Origin: the human T2T-CHM13v2.0 reference genome, Homo sapiens
Direction: 5' to 3' (one strand)
Assembly (NCBI RefSeq): GCF_009914755.1
Contig: NC_060934.1
Length of the DNA: 64,000 nucleotides
Both the position numbers and the translations under genes were made by a program. Numbering within the stretch: position 1 is the first letter of the stretch; every line of letters starts with the position of its first letter. Below, piece after piece: positions 47,581 to 62,602 of the stretch. The notes under the pieces are model-generated. The model was not told where the DNA came from. It searched no databases and saw only the letters and a list, made by a program, of their open reading frames with translations.

Positions 47581-49887
47581 ATTCAGCTCCTCAGTTACCC
47601 TTGCCTCATTTCAAGGGCTCTACAGCTTCATGGAGTCAGTGGTCACAGGATCATCCAAAAACACATCTCTCTGAAATTTTTTTAGTATTAAGCAATGTAA
47701 TTAATTTTTTAGTATTAAGCAAGGACACTGAATTTAGCTAAAGTATAATTAAATAACCATTAACTATATACTCTCAGTTCTATCAACTCAGAAAAGATCT
47801 GAGGGATTTCCACTACTTCTTTCTAACTTTAATTTGAAAAAGTTATATAGAAATAATTGTTTTTCTACTTATCAAACATAGGGCAAAATAATCTGCATTT
47901 TCTAACACCTCTTTGAATTTTTTCATGAAATATGTTTATGTTTGTCCCTCTTGGGAATGATAACACATGCACATGACTCCCCAAGGAAGTAAACAAATTT
48001 ACAGAAGCATTTTTTTATTAAAGTGCTATATTTAGAACTAGCTCACTGTGACAATTCAAATCCTATTGCAAATTTGTATACAAAACAGGAAGTTTCAATA
48101 ATAATCAAGGAAAACAATAATTCTCTATTTAGCATTTTAAGAAAACCAAACAAATGCTTGGCTGCTTTTTAATTGAGGAGATAAAGCACTTTAATATTGA
48201 TAAAATGTTTCTGTTATTTAAGTAGCACTTTTACAACTCTAAAGCCAAGAACTTTATCCATAACTTTGCCAGTCTGTCAGACAACCAGGCAAACAGAATT
48301 CAACCCAGTCGTGGTTTCCTAGGCAACAAGCACAGATAGAACCACTGGGGGGAAAAAAAATGAAAACAAGAAAAAGCATCGCAGCATTTCCAGTAGGCTT
48401 AAGAAATGCATTTTAATTGTCAAAATGTCACAGACAACAATATTGAAAATCATTTCCTTGGAAATGATTCAAAGCAGAATGCCATTTTCATTACAGCAAA
48501 CGAGGTGTGGAAAAAGAGAAAAATTAGATTCCCTTCCTTTGCTCTGAATTAAGTAGGGATGGTGATCAATCTTATTTGATTTTACAAAATGTATCTACAT
48601 TAGTACGGATTTCTAATATGCCTCGTTAGTTTTCTCTGCAAACATTACCATACATTGAATCAACATAAAAAGAAGAGTCATCCAGGATGACGGGCTAGCA
48701 CAGGACGAAGCATGTGGCTGAAGATCATCTGCTGCAAAGACAGGCTCGCACCTGCTCAGGTCTTAATTCACAGGGTAAACCACACACTTCAAAACACCGA
48801 TTCAAACAGAACAAGGCTGTCCACATTCACGCATGGCTCTAGTTTCCTCATCTATAACAAAAAGGGCTTACCTTCTATCTTAAAAACTTCTGTCCCTAAC
48901 AGCTTTTGATTTTTGGAAATAAAATATAGAAGGGCTGTTCTGTCTAGAAAGATTGCTTACAAAATAAATACTATATTCTAAAGCATTTTAAAACTTTTTC
49001 TTTATAGGACCTAAATATTGACAGTTAACCTTTAGAAAATAATATTTGAAATGTCCTACCACATGGCTATTAAAATGTCTAAATTTTACACCAGCTTTTG
49101 TAACCCTGATGGCATTTACTCTTATATCCTGATCAGAAACATTTACTTGGATTAACAGAAATGTGTTGGGTACCCTTAATCTACACTTTCACACGATATG
49201 TCACTATAATCTTGTGAAATCATCTGTATTTTCTTCCAAAGAATCTTTTCAGTCAAACACTTAGTCAATTTAGAAACTTAGGTCGAATCGATTAAGTAAT
49301 TCAGTCAAAACTACCAATATAGTAGCTGCAGGCAAATATCGCTAAAGCGTTTTTCTGATAATTCACCTCTCAATGATTGGAAAATGAGGGAATGAATAGC
49401 AAAATGGGAATTCCAAGAACGAAAGTGTTTACCATTTTTTCTGTCTACCTTGTATATCCACAAAGCAAGATTAATGTATTATAATTCATTTTTCTGAGCC
49501 AACCACCTGCCACTGAACTTCATTAGATCAATGTTAATGCCTTAGTCAATCAGTTGCACTACTGGAGTGGTGTTGAGTATCTGGCTGCATTTGTGCATAT
49601 TTCCCTCTGTGATACATACTTCTCCTCATATAAAAGCTAGTACAATGCAAGACATGCAAGTTATAAAAGAATAAGTTGATAATGCAAAGCAAAGTAAATG
49701 CCCAAAAATGGAAGCACATGCATACATTACCTTATTCCAATGTCTTCAATCAATTCAAAAAAATGTGACCTGTCTGCGTGTGGCACAGGGGATCTCTACT
49801 CCTGGCTCCTACCATTGCATGAGAGAGAATTATTAAATTTTCAGGAATTTCTGAGAGTTGATGGTTAAATAAAATTATTAAAAATTA

Positions 49888-50206
<319 letters not shown>

Positions 50207-51999
50207 TTATAGTACATAAACTTCCAACTAAACTATATTAAAACAAAGATAATACTCAAAAATCTTCACGTTCGAATTATTTTACTATATTTTATTAGTA
50301 TCTACACACATGATGCACCTTCTCCATCTATTATCATGGAAATACCATATTACAGTTTGCTACCATGCATCTCATCCCAACTCAACATTCAGTGACATCA
50401 ATTTGGTAGCCTGAATCTGGCCATAATACTCATATTTACACCATGGAAATGGGAAAATGTGACAAAGCCAGGTTTCTGCGGTTTTCAGAGAGCCGGCTAT
50501 TAAACATTTCCCAACACAGCAGTGGATCTAGAGAACCCACACAAATTCCCTACTCTCCCGTAGTCACCAAAAATACACAGCACTACAGGATTATGTAGCA
50601 ACTCTATGGAATCCGGAAACACCTACTGAAGAAACTGTTACTTGACCAGATGCCTATGGCATAAGTAAGGCTAGACAGGAGAGCACCAAAGAGAAGTTTT
50701 ACCAGACAAAGGGAAAAGAGAGTGCCTAGAGTTAAGCAGGAAGAAGACTCATCCAAGAAATTCAGAGGCCCAGCGTGCTAGTCATGAGGTAGAAGAGACA
50801 AGGCTGCAAAGACACAAAACAATTCTTATACACTTGAACAAAACATACCAGTATTCTTAACCGTACTGGGAAGCTGCTGAAGGTTTTTAAGCATGGAGGT
50901 AGAAGGAAGAGAGATGTGAATTACTAAACGATCACTTGACTAAACTGGAGAATGGATCAAAAGACTGCCCAAGAAAAGATGCAGAAAAAGTGACCAGAAA
51001 GCAGGTCCAGTGCCTCCAAACTTTCTTGATAACATAGCCCTGTTAGGAAAATCTTTCTGAGCATGCAGCTGTATAGGACTTTTATTTAATGATCATTTAA
51101 ATGCTCAATTCCACTAATACAAACATTATTAAACATATACAAGGAATAGGAAATTTTACAATGTGAGATAATAAAATACAGATATGTTAAGTCCTGATAT
51201 TTTTTTAATAATTGTTGTTCCCCTAATCCCCATGTTGATCAAAGGTCCCCATTTGTTTTCCATGCCTCAATGGTTCTGCATCACACTTCACAGATCACTG
51301 ATGAAGCCAGCTTTGGGAGATGAAATGTAGGATGCACTGGTAACAGGATTGATAAGGTCTGCAAAGCTGGAGCCAATTCCACTGTCAGGGAAGACCAAGC
51401 TCATGCTCAGACATTCCACACTAGGAAAAACCTCTTCAAAACTTAGCACCATGACTGTGACCAATTTCCAGCCCCCCAACCCAATTTGCCTACTGAAGAC
51501 AACACAATGGTTGAGCCCAATTTCCTGGCACTCAATTTCGCAGGGGGCAAAAGAAAATGTTAAACTCATTGAGATACCATTGCTTCCTAACTATCTGTAC
51601 CCATAAACAAAAAAAGCAAAAAAAAAACAAACAAAAACCCACAACTCAACACAAGCACAGTGGTCACTGTGTTCTGGCATCCTACTGCAGACAAGCAGAT
51701 CTGCCCATCATTGCTTCTGACACCTGCCAAGTAAGACCTCATCCAACACACAGTCACAGTGCCCACAGAAACGTCAGGCTACAGTTCTGTAAGAAGTTCA
51801 TCAGAGTCCAAATAAAGGAAAATCTGAATTGGCAAGGAGAACCCACATTTATTGGTACCCTTGGAAAGATTAATCACTCGGATAATCAAGGGTAGACTCA
51901 CTACATTTTCAGACATAGCTGTGAAAACTGAATTTAGAGCCAGCGTGCTCCTGATGTTAACTTACTTTAAGCATTTGCAAAATAAAAGCAATAATTCCA

Positions 52000-53530
<1,531 letters not shown>

Positions 53531-53594
53531 AAATAATGTGATCCAGCAATGCAGAAGACTAGTGAAAAATATCCAATGTAGTAACACTAAATAC

Positions 53595-53942
53595 CACTGG
53601 TCTTCCTATCTGTTGGTTCCACATTCATGGATTCAAACTGAATCCACGGACTGAATCTCAACAGATTGAAAATACTTGAAAAAGAAAATAAAAATAACAA
53701 ATAATGCAAAAATTAAAAATAATGCAAATAAAAACAATATAGTATAACAACTATTTATATAGCGTTTACATTGTGTTAGGCCTTATAAGTAATCTAGAGA
53801 TTATTTAAAGTGTACAAGAGGATGTGTGCAGGTTATATGCAAACTATTACACAATTTTAAATAAGAAACTGAGCATCTTCAGATTTTGGTATCTGCAGGA
53901 GTTCCTGGAACCAACCCCCAAGCGATACTGAAGGATGACAGT
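53595..53942 (-). mobile_element. MER2
   Basis: ataagtaatctagagattatttaaag..gattttggtatctgc..cctggaaccaa. Confidence 0.85.
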
Positions 53943-54939
53943 GAGAGCTTTTCCCCACAATTAAGGTTATATTTTTTTAAAGAAAAGCTGCCTGAAGTCA
54001 CACGTTCACCATAATAATTTCTACAATATTTTCTGCACTACAGTGTAATAAATCTCTTTGGAACAGGTTGTGCTGACTTTATACAACATTCATTGAGAAG
54101 AGGTATGGTTTTACTGAAAAGAATTGCTAAATCAAGCCTCCTAAAATGCTGTTCCTCACAAGTTAAATGAGCTAGGAAGCAACATGAAATTTAACAAGAT
54201 GATCAGCGGGTCAAGATGTGGCCTCAACTCAATTTACTTAGATGTGCTTTGACTATGAAAAGAAGTAACAAATACTATTGCAGTGTGATTTTTTCCATCT
54301 TTAAAAAAGATGAAACACAATTAATTATAATAAAGTTACACATGTAAAACAGTTGCATTTTACCCACACATACTTAGATCTTGGAAAATAATTCAAGGGG
54401 CACCGAAGTAATATACAAAAACCGTGACAAAGAAATGTAAAGAAGTGCTTTCCCCCCTCTCCTACCTCCTCAAAGAACTTCTTATATTATTTTGATTTCC
54501 ATAAGATATATTACTATAAGATGTTCAAAAAGATTATATTTACCAATAAGATTGTAGGTAAGTAGGCAGAAAAAAAACAAAAATTTCAAATACGAGTAGC
54601 ATAGAATTAAGCTTGAAACCCATAGGAACTGACAGCAAATTATAAGAAGCAGTCAGATGTAGAAAGAGACACTTCAGTATTTCTCAGCTTCATTTGATTA
54701 ATAATTCTTTTAAAAGTCTGAGGGAGATGCATAAGTGTGGTATGTAGGTATTCATTTCAAAGACAGTGTTTAGGAAAATAAATCTAGAAAATAATCCACG
54801 GAATATAACATTTCATTTATTTAAGACATATTAGTCACTGTCCCATGAGTTTTATACACATCATTCTCATTTCATACATGCCATTTATGTCACGCTTTAT
54901 TCCTGCTATGAATACTTGAAGTAAAAAGGCCACTATCCC

Positions 54940-55250
54940 CTGGGCACAGTGTTGCTCACACCTGTAATTTCAGCACTTTGGGAGGCCAAGGCAGGAGGAT
55001 TGCATGAGGCCAGGAGTTCGACACCAGCCTGGCCAACACGGCAAAACCCTGTCTCTACTAAAAATACAAAAATTAGCCAAGTGTGGTGGTGCACACCTGT
55101 AATCCCAGCTACCTGAGAAGCTGAGACACAATAATCTCTTGAACCCAGGAGGCGGAGGTTACAGTAAGCTAAGATTGCACCACTGCACTCCAGCCCGAGC
55201 AAAAGAGCAAGACTCTGCCTCAAAAAGAAATAAAAAATAAACAAAAATTA
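54940..55250 (+). mobile_element. AluS
   Basis: Full dimer. Confidence 0.92.
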
Positions 55251-56231
55251 AAAAGCCTACATTAATACTCAATTTCCAGCCAATAAATAAGGATAATCAC
55301 TTACGTGTGAACATAGAAAAATAAAGGTAATGAATCACTGCAACACATACACACACTCCTACCTTTTTTAGACACTTAGAATAGCACTGAAGTAATAGCC
55401 CTGACTCTTGCATAAGAAAGTATAACACACATATCACCATTTTCATTACCAATAGATGGTGAAACATCATTTACTGTAGATGAGTCCAGAGGAAGACATA
55501 CAGCAGCCAAGTTCCTGAGAATAAAAGTATGCCCCCAATGGTTACTCAATTTGTTTAGCTCAAGATTTTTTTCTCTAAGTACATGTTCTTTTTTTTTTAA
55601 GTTGATAAGGAATAATATAACTACAAAATTATAGCCAAATCATCCTCTTAAGCAATAAAGCTTTGTTCTTAGATTTTAACAAAATGCAGCAGTCTAGAAT
55701 ACTTTGACAATAAAAAGAGTATGTGAAGATGGATGATAAATTAAAAACCAAATAGTTATTGTTTCAGATGTGCTTTCAGTAGCTATGTTTTCTAATCAAG
55801 GGTATCTCCATTTTCTACGATGATAGACTATTGCTCTGGACACTCAGCAAGCATATACCAGGTGAGGATATAGACACAAAAAGTTATTTGCGAGGTTTCC
55901 ATATAAAATTACAACCTTGGAGAATGTATACAAATTGAAACAGATTTTTTAAATTGCATCCAGCGGAAAATAGTGTGAAATATTTCCTCAGTGTAAAAAA
56001 AAAAAAATCCCATTAAAGGAATCTGCTAAGATATGAAGTACACATTTAAACATGGATCTGTTGAAATTTTATATTTATAACATATGAATAGTCTTTTATC
56101 ATGCTGCATTATCTAGAACCTGAAATGAATTAAGCATACTCTATTTCTCTAAGCCAACTCTGCCCAAGACCATGCGGCCCTTCCTTTTGATGTCACTGCT
56201 AGTTTGACAGGGCTGAGAAGAAAGGAGAGTC

Positions 56232-56547
56232 CAGCCATCTCTCAGTGTCTGTGGGAGATTGGTCCCAGATGCCTGAGAATGCTCCAGTCCTGGATATGAC
56301 ATAGCATAGTATTTGCATATAACCTACACACACCATCCAGGACACATTAAATCATCTCTACGTTATTTATAATACCTAATACAATGTAACTGCTATGTAA
56401 ATAGTTGTTATACTGTATCATTTAGGGAACATCCACAAGAAAAAAAGTCTGTACATGTTCAGTACAGATGCAATTTTTTTCAAACATTTTCAATCCATGT
56501 TGGCTGAAGCCATGGATGTAGAACACACAGGCACAGAGGGCTGACTA
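56232..56547 (+). mobile_element. MER2
   Basis: gtatttgcatataaccta..ctgtacatgttcagtacagatgc..gagggctgact. Confidence 0.82.
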
Positions 56548-56904
56548 CATACTTGCTGAATGCAAAGCATCAAACCCGTGCTACACACACACAGGGATGA
56601 TGAAGATGTGATTCTGACTTTATAAAACCTTATGTGCTACAGAGGTCTGGAAGAAGCTACAAAATAAAGCAGAATGTAGGACACACATAAAACTAGAAAA
56701 GGGTGCTATGCTTAAGAAAATTTTAATTATCTAAAAGATTAGTAAATGCCCAAGAATGCACTTTTTCAAAATCGAAAGAAGAAAGTAAGTTGTAAAACAA
56801 AAATGGCCTTTAGGTCAATGTGCTCATGAAGACTCATTAGAACCAATCTTCCACCATTTTTAAAGTTTCTGTCCAAAACAGAATTATTAAAATTGTCTAA
56901 AATA

Positions 56905-57161
56905 GGCCAGGCACGGTGGCTCACACCTGTAATCCCAGCACTTTGGGAGGTCAAGGCAGGCAGATCACCTGGGGTCAGGAGTTTGAGACCAGCCTGGCCA
57001 ACATGGTGAAACCTCATCTCTACAAAAATACAAAAATTAGCTGGGTGTGGTGGCTCATGCCTGTAATCCTAGCTTACTCAGGAGGCTGAGGTGGGAGAAC
57101 AGCTTGAACCCAGGGCATGGAGGCTGCAGTGAGCCAAGATCACACCACTGCACTCCAGTCT
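56905..57161 (+). mobile_element. Alu lacking its last ~25 nt and A tail
   Basis: Ends at cactccagtctg. Confidence 0.9.
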
Positions 57162-57578
57162 GTTATGTTCCAATAACAAAAGTTACATAAAATAACATAA
57201 ATTATAATAACATAAAATGAATACAGTAACGTAACTTGTGTAACAATAATTTAATGCCTAAAAGTAAAATAAGTCATACAGAAGGAAAGAGGAGAGCTTG
57301 AACAAGAGAGAGTACCAGTGAAAGAATGAAACTTCCTAACATGCACAATATTCACAACCTGTACATAATTTTTCTCATCAAAATTTCCCATCTACAGCAC
57401 TAAAAAATTACTATATTACTTTTAATTGTGCAAAAGAGTTAAAAATAACTAATTTGTTACCACAGATTTTTGTTTTTTATCAAGCAACCACAATTATATA
57501 ATGGCTAGAGTTTTATTTGTACAAATATTGCCCCATATGGCTCACCTAAATAAAAAATGGTCTCAAAGAAATACTCAC

Positions 57579-57971
57579 TGATATGGCTTGGATACTTGCC
57601 CCCTGCCCAAATTTCATGTTGAACTGTAATCCCCAATGCTGGAGGTGGGGCCTGGTGGGAGGTGTCTGAATCCTGGGGACGATTCCTTCATGGTTTGGTG
57701 CTGTCTTCATGACAATGAGTTCTCAGGATATCTGATCATTTAAAAGTGTGTGTGTGGCACCCCCCTCTGCCCGACTTGCTCCTGCTTTCGTCATGTGACG
57801 TGCCTCCTCCCCCTTCAACTTTCACCATGATTATAAGCTTCCAGAGGCTTCCCTAGATGCCAAGCAGATGCCAATGGCATGCTTCCTAGAAAGCCTGCAG
57901 AACAGTGAGCCAATGAAAGTTACCCCAGTCCCAGGTATTTCTTTATAGCAATGTAAGAATGGGTGAATACA
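57579..57971 (+). mobile_element. MSTA/MSTB MaLR solo LTR
   Basis: TGATATGG..AATACA termini; perfect 5-bp TSD CTCAC. Confidence 0.92.
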
Positions 57972-58141
57972 CTCACTAGATCATTACTGTTCATTACTTT
58001 CCTTCCCAAAATACTGAAATCAAAATGATCAGCCCATTAATATCACTAGGTCAGATGCTCATTTCATATTATCATGGAAGACGATGTATTTGTAAAGTGC
58101 GTTATTTTCACACTACCGTAAATATTTAAATGCATGTAAAA

Positions 58142-59005
58142 TGTGGTAGGCAAAATAATGCCCTCCCACCCTCCTCCCCGCCAAAAAAAAAAAGATGTCT
58201 ACATCTTAATCCCTAGAACCTGCCATGTTACCTTACATCATACATGTGATTAAGGTAAAGACCTTGGCATCAGGACATTACCCTAGTGGTATGGAATGAA
58301 TGTTGTGTCTACCAAAACTCAAGAGTGGAAATCCTAATCCCCAAGGTGATGGTATAGGATGTGGGGCCTTGTGGGAAGCTGTGTCCTCATGACTTGGATT
58401 AGTGCCCTTATTAAAATGACCCAATAGAGCTTGTTTGCTCCTCCCACCATGTAAAGACATATTGAGAAGTAAAGATCTATGAGAAGGCAAGCCTTCACTA
58501 GACACCAAAACTGCTGGCACCTTGATCTTGCACTCGCAGCCTGTAGGACATGAGAAATGAGGTTTGGTTGTTTATCAGCCACCCAGTCTAAGGTATTCTG
58601 TTGAAGCAGCCTGAATGGACTTAGACAGTGGGCTCATTTGGATGATCCTGAGTCTCACTCAATTCAAGACTATGTAGTCACATGAGTCTTAAACGTGGAA
58701 GAGAAGGTCAGAACGGAAGAGTCAGAGAGAGATGTAACCATAGAAGAAGGGTCCACAAGGTACAAGGTTGATAATGCTAGAGATGGAGGAAGGGCCATAC
58801 ACGAAGGAAGGCAAGTGGACTCCAGAATCTGGAGAAGGCAAGAAAACAGATTCTCACCTAGAGCCTCCCGCAGGAAGGCAGCACTGCCAACCCTGGATTT
58901 CAGCCCAGTGAGATCCACACCAGACTCTGACATGCAGGACTGTAATAAACTCTTAAGCCCTAACATGATGATGATTTGTTATAGCAAGAATAGACTAGTA
59001 CTAAT
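58142..59005 (+). mobile_element. MLT1D-like LTR with a nested MLT1A/MST-like LTR (~58287-58627)
   Basis: tgtggtaggcaaaataatg start; inner tggtatggaatgaatg..gacttagaca; acagattctcacctagagcctcc. Confidence 0.8.
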
Positions 59006-59103
59006 TGTGTGTGTAGCGATATATAGACACACACACACAGACACTCAGAACTACATATACCCTGCTTTCCAAAATTGGAAAAAATAAACTATACATTAGA
59101 CTT

Positions 59104-59227
59104 GGCTAGGTGTGGTGGTGACTACCTATAGTCCCAGCTACTGGGGAGGCTCAGAGAGAGGATTACTTGAGTATGGGCAACATAGCAGGATCCCATCTCA
59201 AAAAAAACAAAAACAAAAAACAACAAC
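59104..59227 (+). mobile_element. Alu monomer with internal deletion
   Basis: ggctaggtgtggtgg..agtcccagcta..gggcaacatag. Confidence 0.75.
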
Positions 59228-60579
59228 TTTGATTAAACTAATTTCCCACTTTTGAAGAAAAGAGAAGGACAGATCTTAGACAAGGGGGAGAAGTGAGGAA
59301 GGCAGAGCTGGTGACTTCTTTTCTGGCAGAAGCACAGACACAGGCCCATGCATATCTCTGCCCAGCTGGCTTTCCTCCCTCTCCTCATAAGGGATCCAAC
59401 TGAACCATGGATCACAGACCCATACTCAGAATTAAATGCAGTTTTATGCCTCAGTGTCCTTGTTTCTGCCTCCCATTCCCAACTCCCTTATTCTGGTTAT
59501 TAAAAAAAATTGGCTATTATCAAATATTAGTAGATACTCATGTACTACTTAGACAAACTGATCACCAGCTGGTTTTCCTTGTTCTAAGCCACAAATCATT
59601 AGGCTATAACATCTCTGCCAAGCAATACAATATTCTTTTCCAATTCATTAACACAAATTCTGTATTTAAAATAAATACTTCTCAAGCTGTTTTAAATAAC
59701 AAATTAACGAATGAGTCGGCCATGGCTCAAAATGACATTTTAATTAAATGTGATGATAGGTTGAGTACCCTAGCAGTTCACTAAAATGCCCTTTGCTTAC
59801 ACTTTTTCCATATTATGGTTGGGCAGAGGCATCCCTAACTGATCTAACTGTATTTTCTCATCTTAAACGTGGGATCTATCTTTAAAAGATAATTTATTCT
59901 TAAATTACATGCTATTCCTATAATCCTTCCATATATAACCTCACTAAATATCAGCTCTGTGTGTGCCTACGTATATATGTATTTGTATATACAGACATTA
60001 CATACTTTTTAAAAAAATTACTACCAAAGTACTACTAAAAAGACAAGAAAAAGAGGCTTTGTGTGATATGGTAGAAACACACCGCAGGATAGACAACAGG
60101 CTGCTGTGATGGCTATTACATATTCATCCTTTCCTCTGTGAGGAGGAGTGGGAAAGTGACTTATAGCGGCTGTTTAATCCCTAGGGTAGAAAATTTAAGG
60201 TGCAGAAAACTTTCCACAAGTTTTAGAGAGAACATAGGTAGAAAGGCATTCTATGCTGGGAATACACAGTGTGCCAGTACACAAGAATAAACAGGTTGAT
60301 GGTTTGGATTTATGAGAACAAGAAAGGAGAAATAGTAGATGATGTCATAATGCTCCTTTTATAGAGTTATGAAAATCATTCATTTCATATCTGGTTAACT
60401 GCTTTCAAATGCCAGTGAGAAAAGTAGTTAAAGCAGGGATCAGTTCTGAGACATGAAGATTTTATAAAAACGAGCTTTACTCTGGGAAAGTGCTATCATC
60501 AACCCATTCTTGAGCAAAACCATGCTCACTGCACTTCCACATTCACAAGCCATGCAGTATACACACTGGAGCCCCCAGA

Positions 60580-60866
60580 TTTTTTTTTTTAAGAGATGGG
60601 GTCTCACTCTGCCACCTAGGCTACAATGCAGTGGTATGATCACAGCTCACTGCAGCCCGAACTCCTTGGTTCAAACGAGCCACTTGCCTTGGCCTCCTGA
60701 GTAGCTGTGAGCCACCAGGTACAGCTATTTGTATTTTTTACTCTTTTTGTAGAGACTGGATCTTACTATGGTGCCCATGCTGGTCTTGAACTCCTGGCCT
60801 CAAGTGGTCCTCCCACGTCTGCCTCCCACAGTGCTGAGATTACAGGCTGAGCCAATGTGCTTGTCC
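60580..60866 (-). mobile_element. AluJ
   Basis: Diverged dimer; TSD-like cccca(a)gatt. Confidence 0.88.
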
Positions 60867-62294
60867 CCAAGATTAAAAAAAAAAAAAAAAGAAAAGTATT
60901 TGTTGATATGTAGGCAATAAATTGACAAATAATAGTTTGTAAATTACTAATTTACCAATCAATATAAATAAATTGAGTAAACACAAAATAACACCATGAA
61001 TTAATAAACTGATTTAGACTTCTTTTTTTCCTTTAAAATGTAGCCCAGAGAGAGACTACCAGCTGTCCATTCCATGGAAAAGTTAGAGGTGAGAATCTCA
61101 GAGGCACACTTATCAGCACCTTGCTGGCTTGTGGGCAGCTTTCTCTTAGTCACTGAAAAAGAAAGGAGTCACTGATTGGGAGTGACTCAGAAATTCTGAG
61201 ATATGAGGCACCTCTCCAGCTGGGTAGAGGAGCCAGGCAGGAGCAAACAGAACTGAGGACACAAAGCCACTGCTGACACTAAAAGCAACGAACAAATAAA
61301 TAAGCAAACGTATTATCAAGAAGTAAAGGAGAGATCTATATCAAGTGCAGCGAGAAGAGGGGAAAGAATTGTATCTGCCAGGCTTTCATGCTGACAAAAT
61401 AATCCACAATATGGGTCTCTGTGTGACATGCACCAACAGAAAAACGAACCCAAGTACCTGGTTGGATTGAAAGATAAAAACAAAAAAAAAGAACTCTTGT
61501 TTATTGACCAGTGTACAATCTAATCTTGGCAAATACAACAAACACTTTCAGGCAATTATTTTCTCCATGTAACACACGTCTTACTACCATTTGGAAATGG
61601 GATTTCTTGCTTTGATTTAAACAGGCTTTCTTAACATATTCACAGCTACATTCCCATTACAAATTTTCAAGTGTAAGTAACTATTTCTGCTTCCGATAAA
61701 CAGGTAACATAATTAGGCAAATAAGGCTTATTCTCATGCAAAGGTAACAGTACCAGGCAAGACCTCAGAGTCAAGTCAAATATAATAGTCAAGGGTAAAA
61801 GGAAGTGAAGAGGGAAGAATTGGGCAGTGGGGAAATCTTTTGTGTGGGAAAAAATGAATGTGTAAACCTGTTCTTCCCTAAGATTTCATCAGGTTTTGAA
61901 TGATACAGAGAGCTTTGTGCACAGGGGGTCCAGTAGCACATGGTTTGGGTCTAATTTCAAAGGCAAATTCTGGTGAAATCTGTGACTCACGCCATCCTAA
62001 CGGGCCACATGTCAAGGCTCTGTGGACACCCTACAGGCAGCCCTGTGGACCCCCAACAGGCAAGCCTTTCCAGATGAATGCCAGGCCAATGTCTACATCT
62101 GATGACATGGGGCAGGATATCTCTAAAAAATAATACTTCCCTGGCCAATGGACTGCACCAGTTACTATTATAAAGTGTAAAATATTATATTACATATGTG
62201 TAATGATTTTTAATTTCAGGCATCACAGAGATGCAATTAAATATATGGGCCAAATGTTTATTCTGCTTAAAGACAACTTAGAAATACTGATGCC

Positions 62295-62602
<308 letters not shown>

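Noticed and set aside
58695-59087. 130-aa charged ORF
   Set aside because: Lies within an MLT1 LTR; no protein family recognised.
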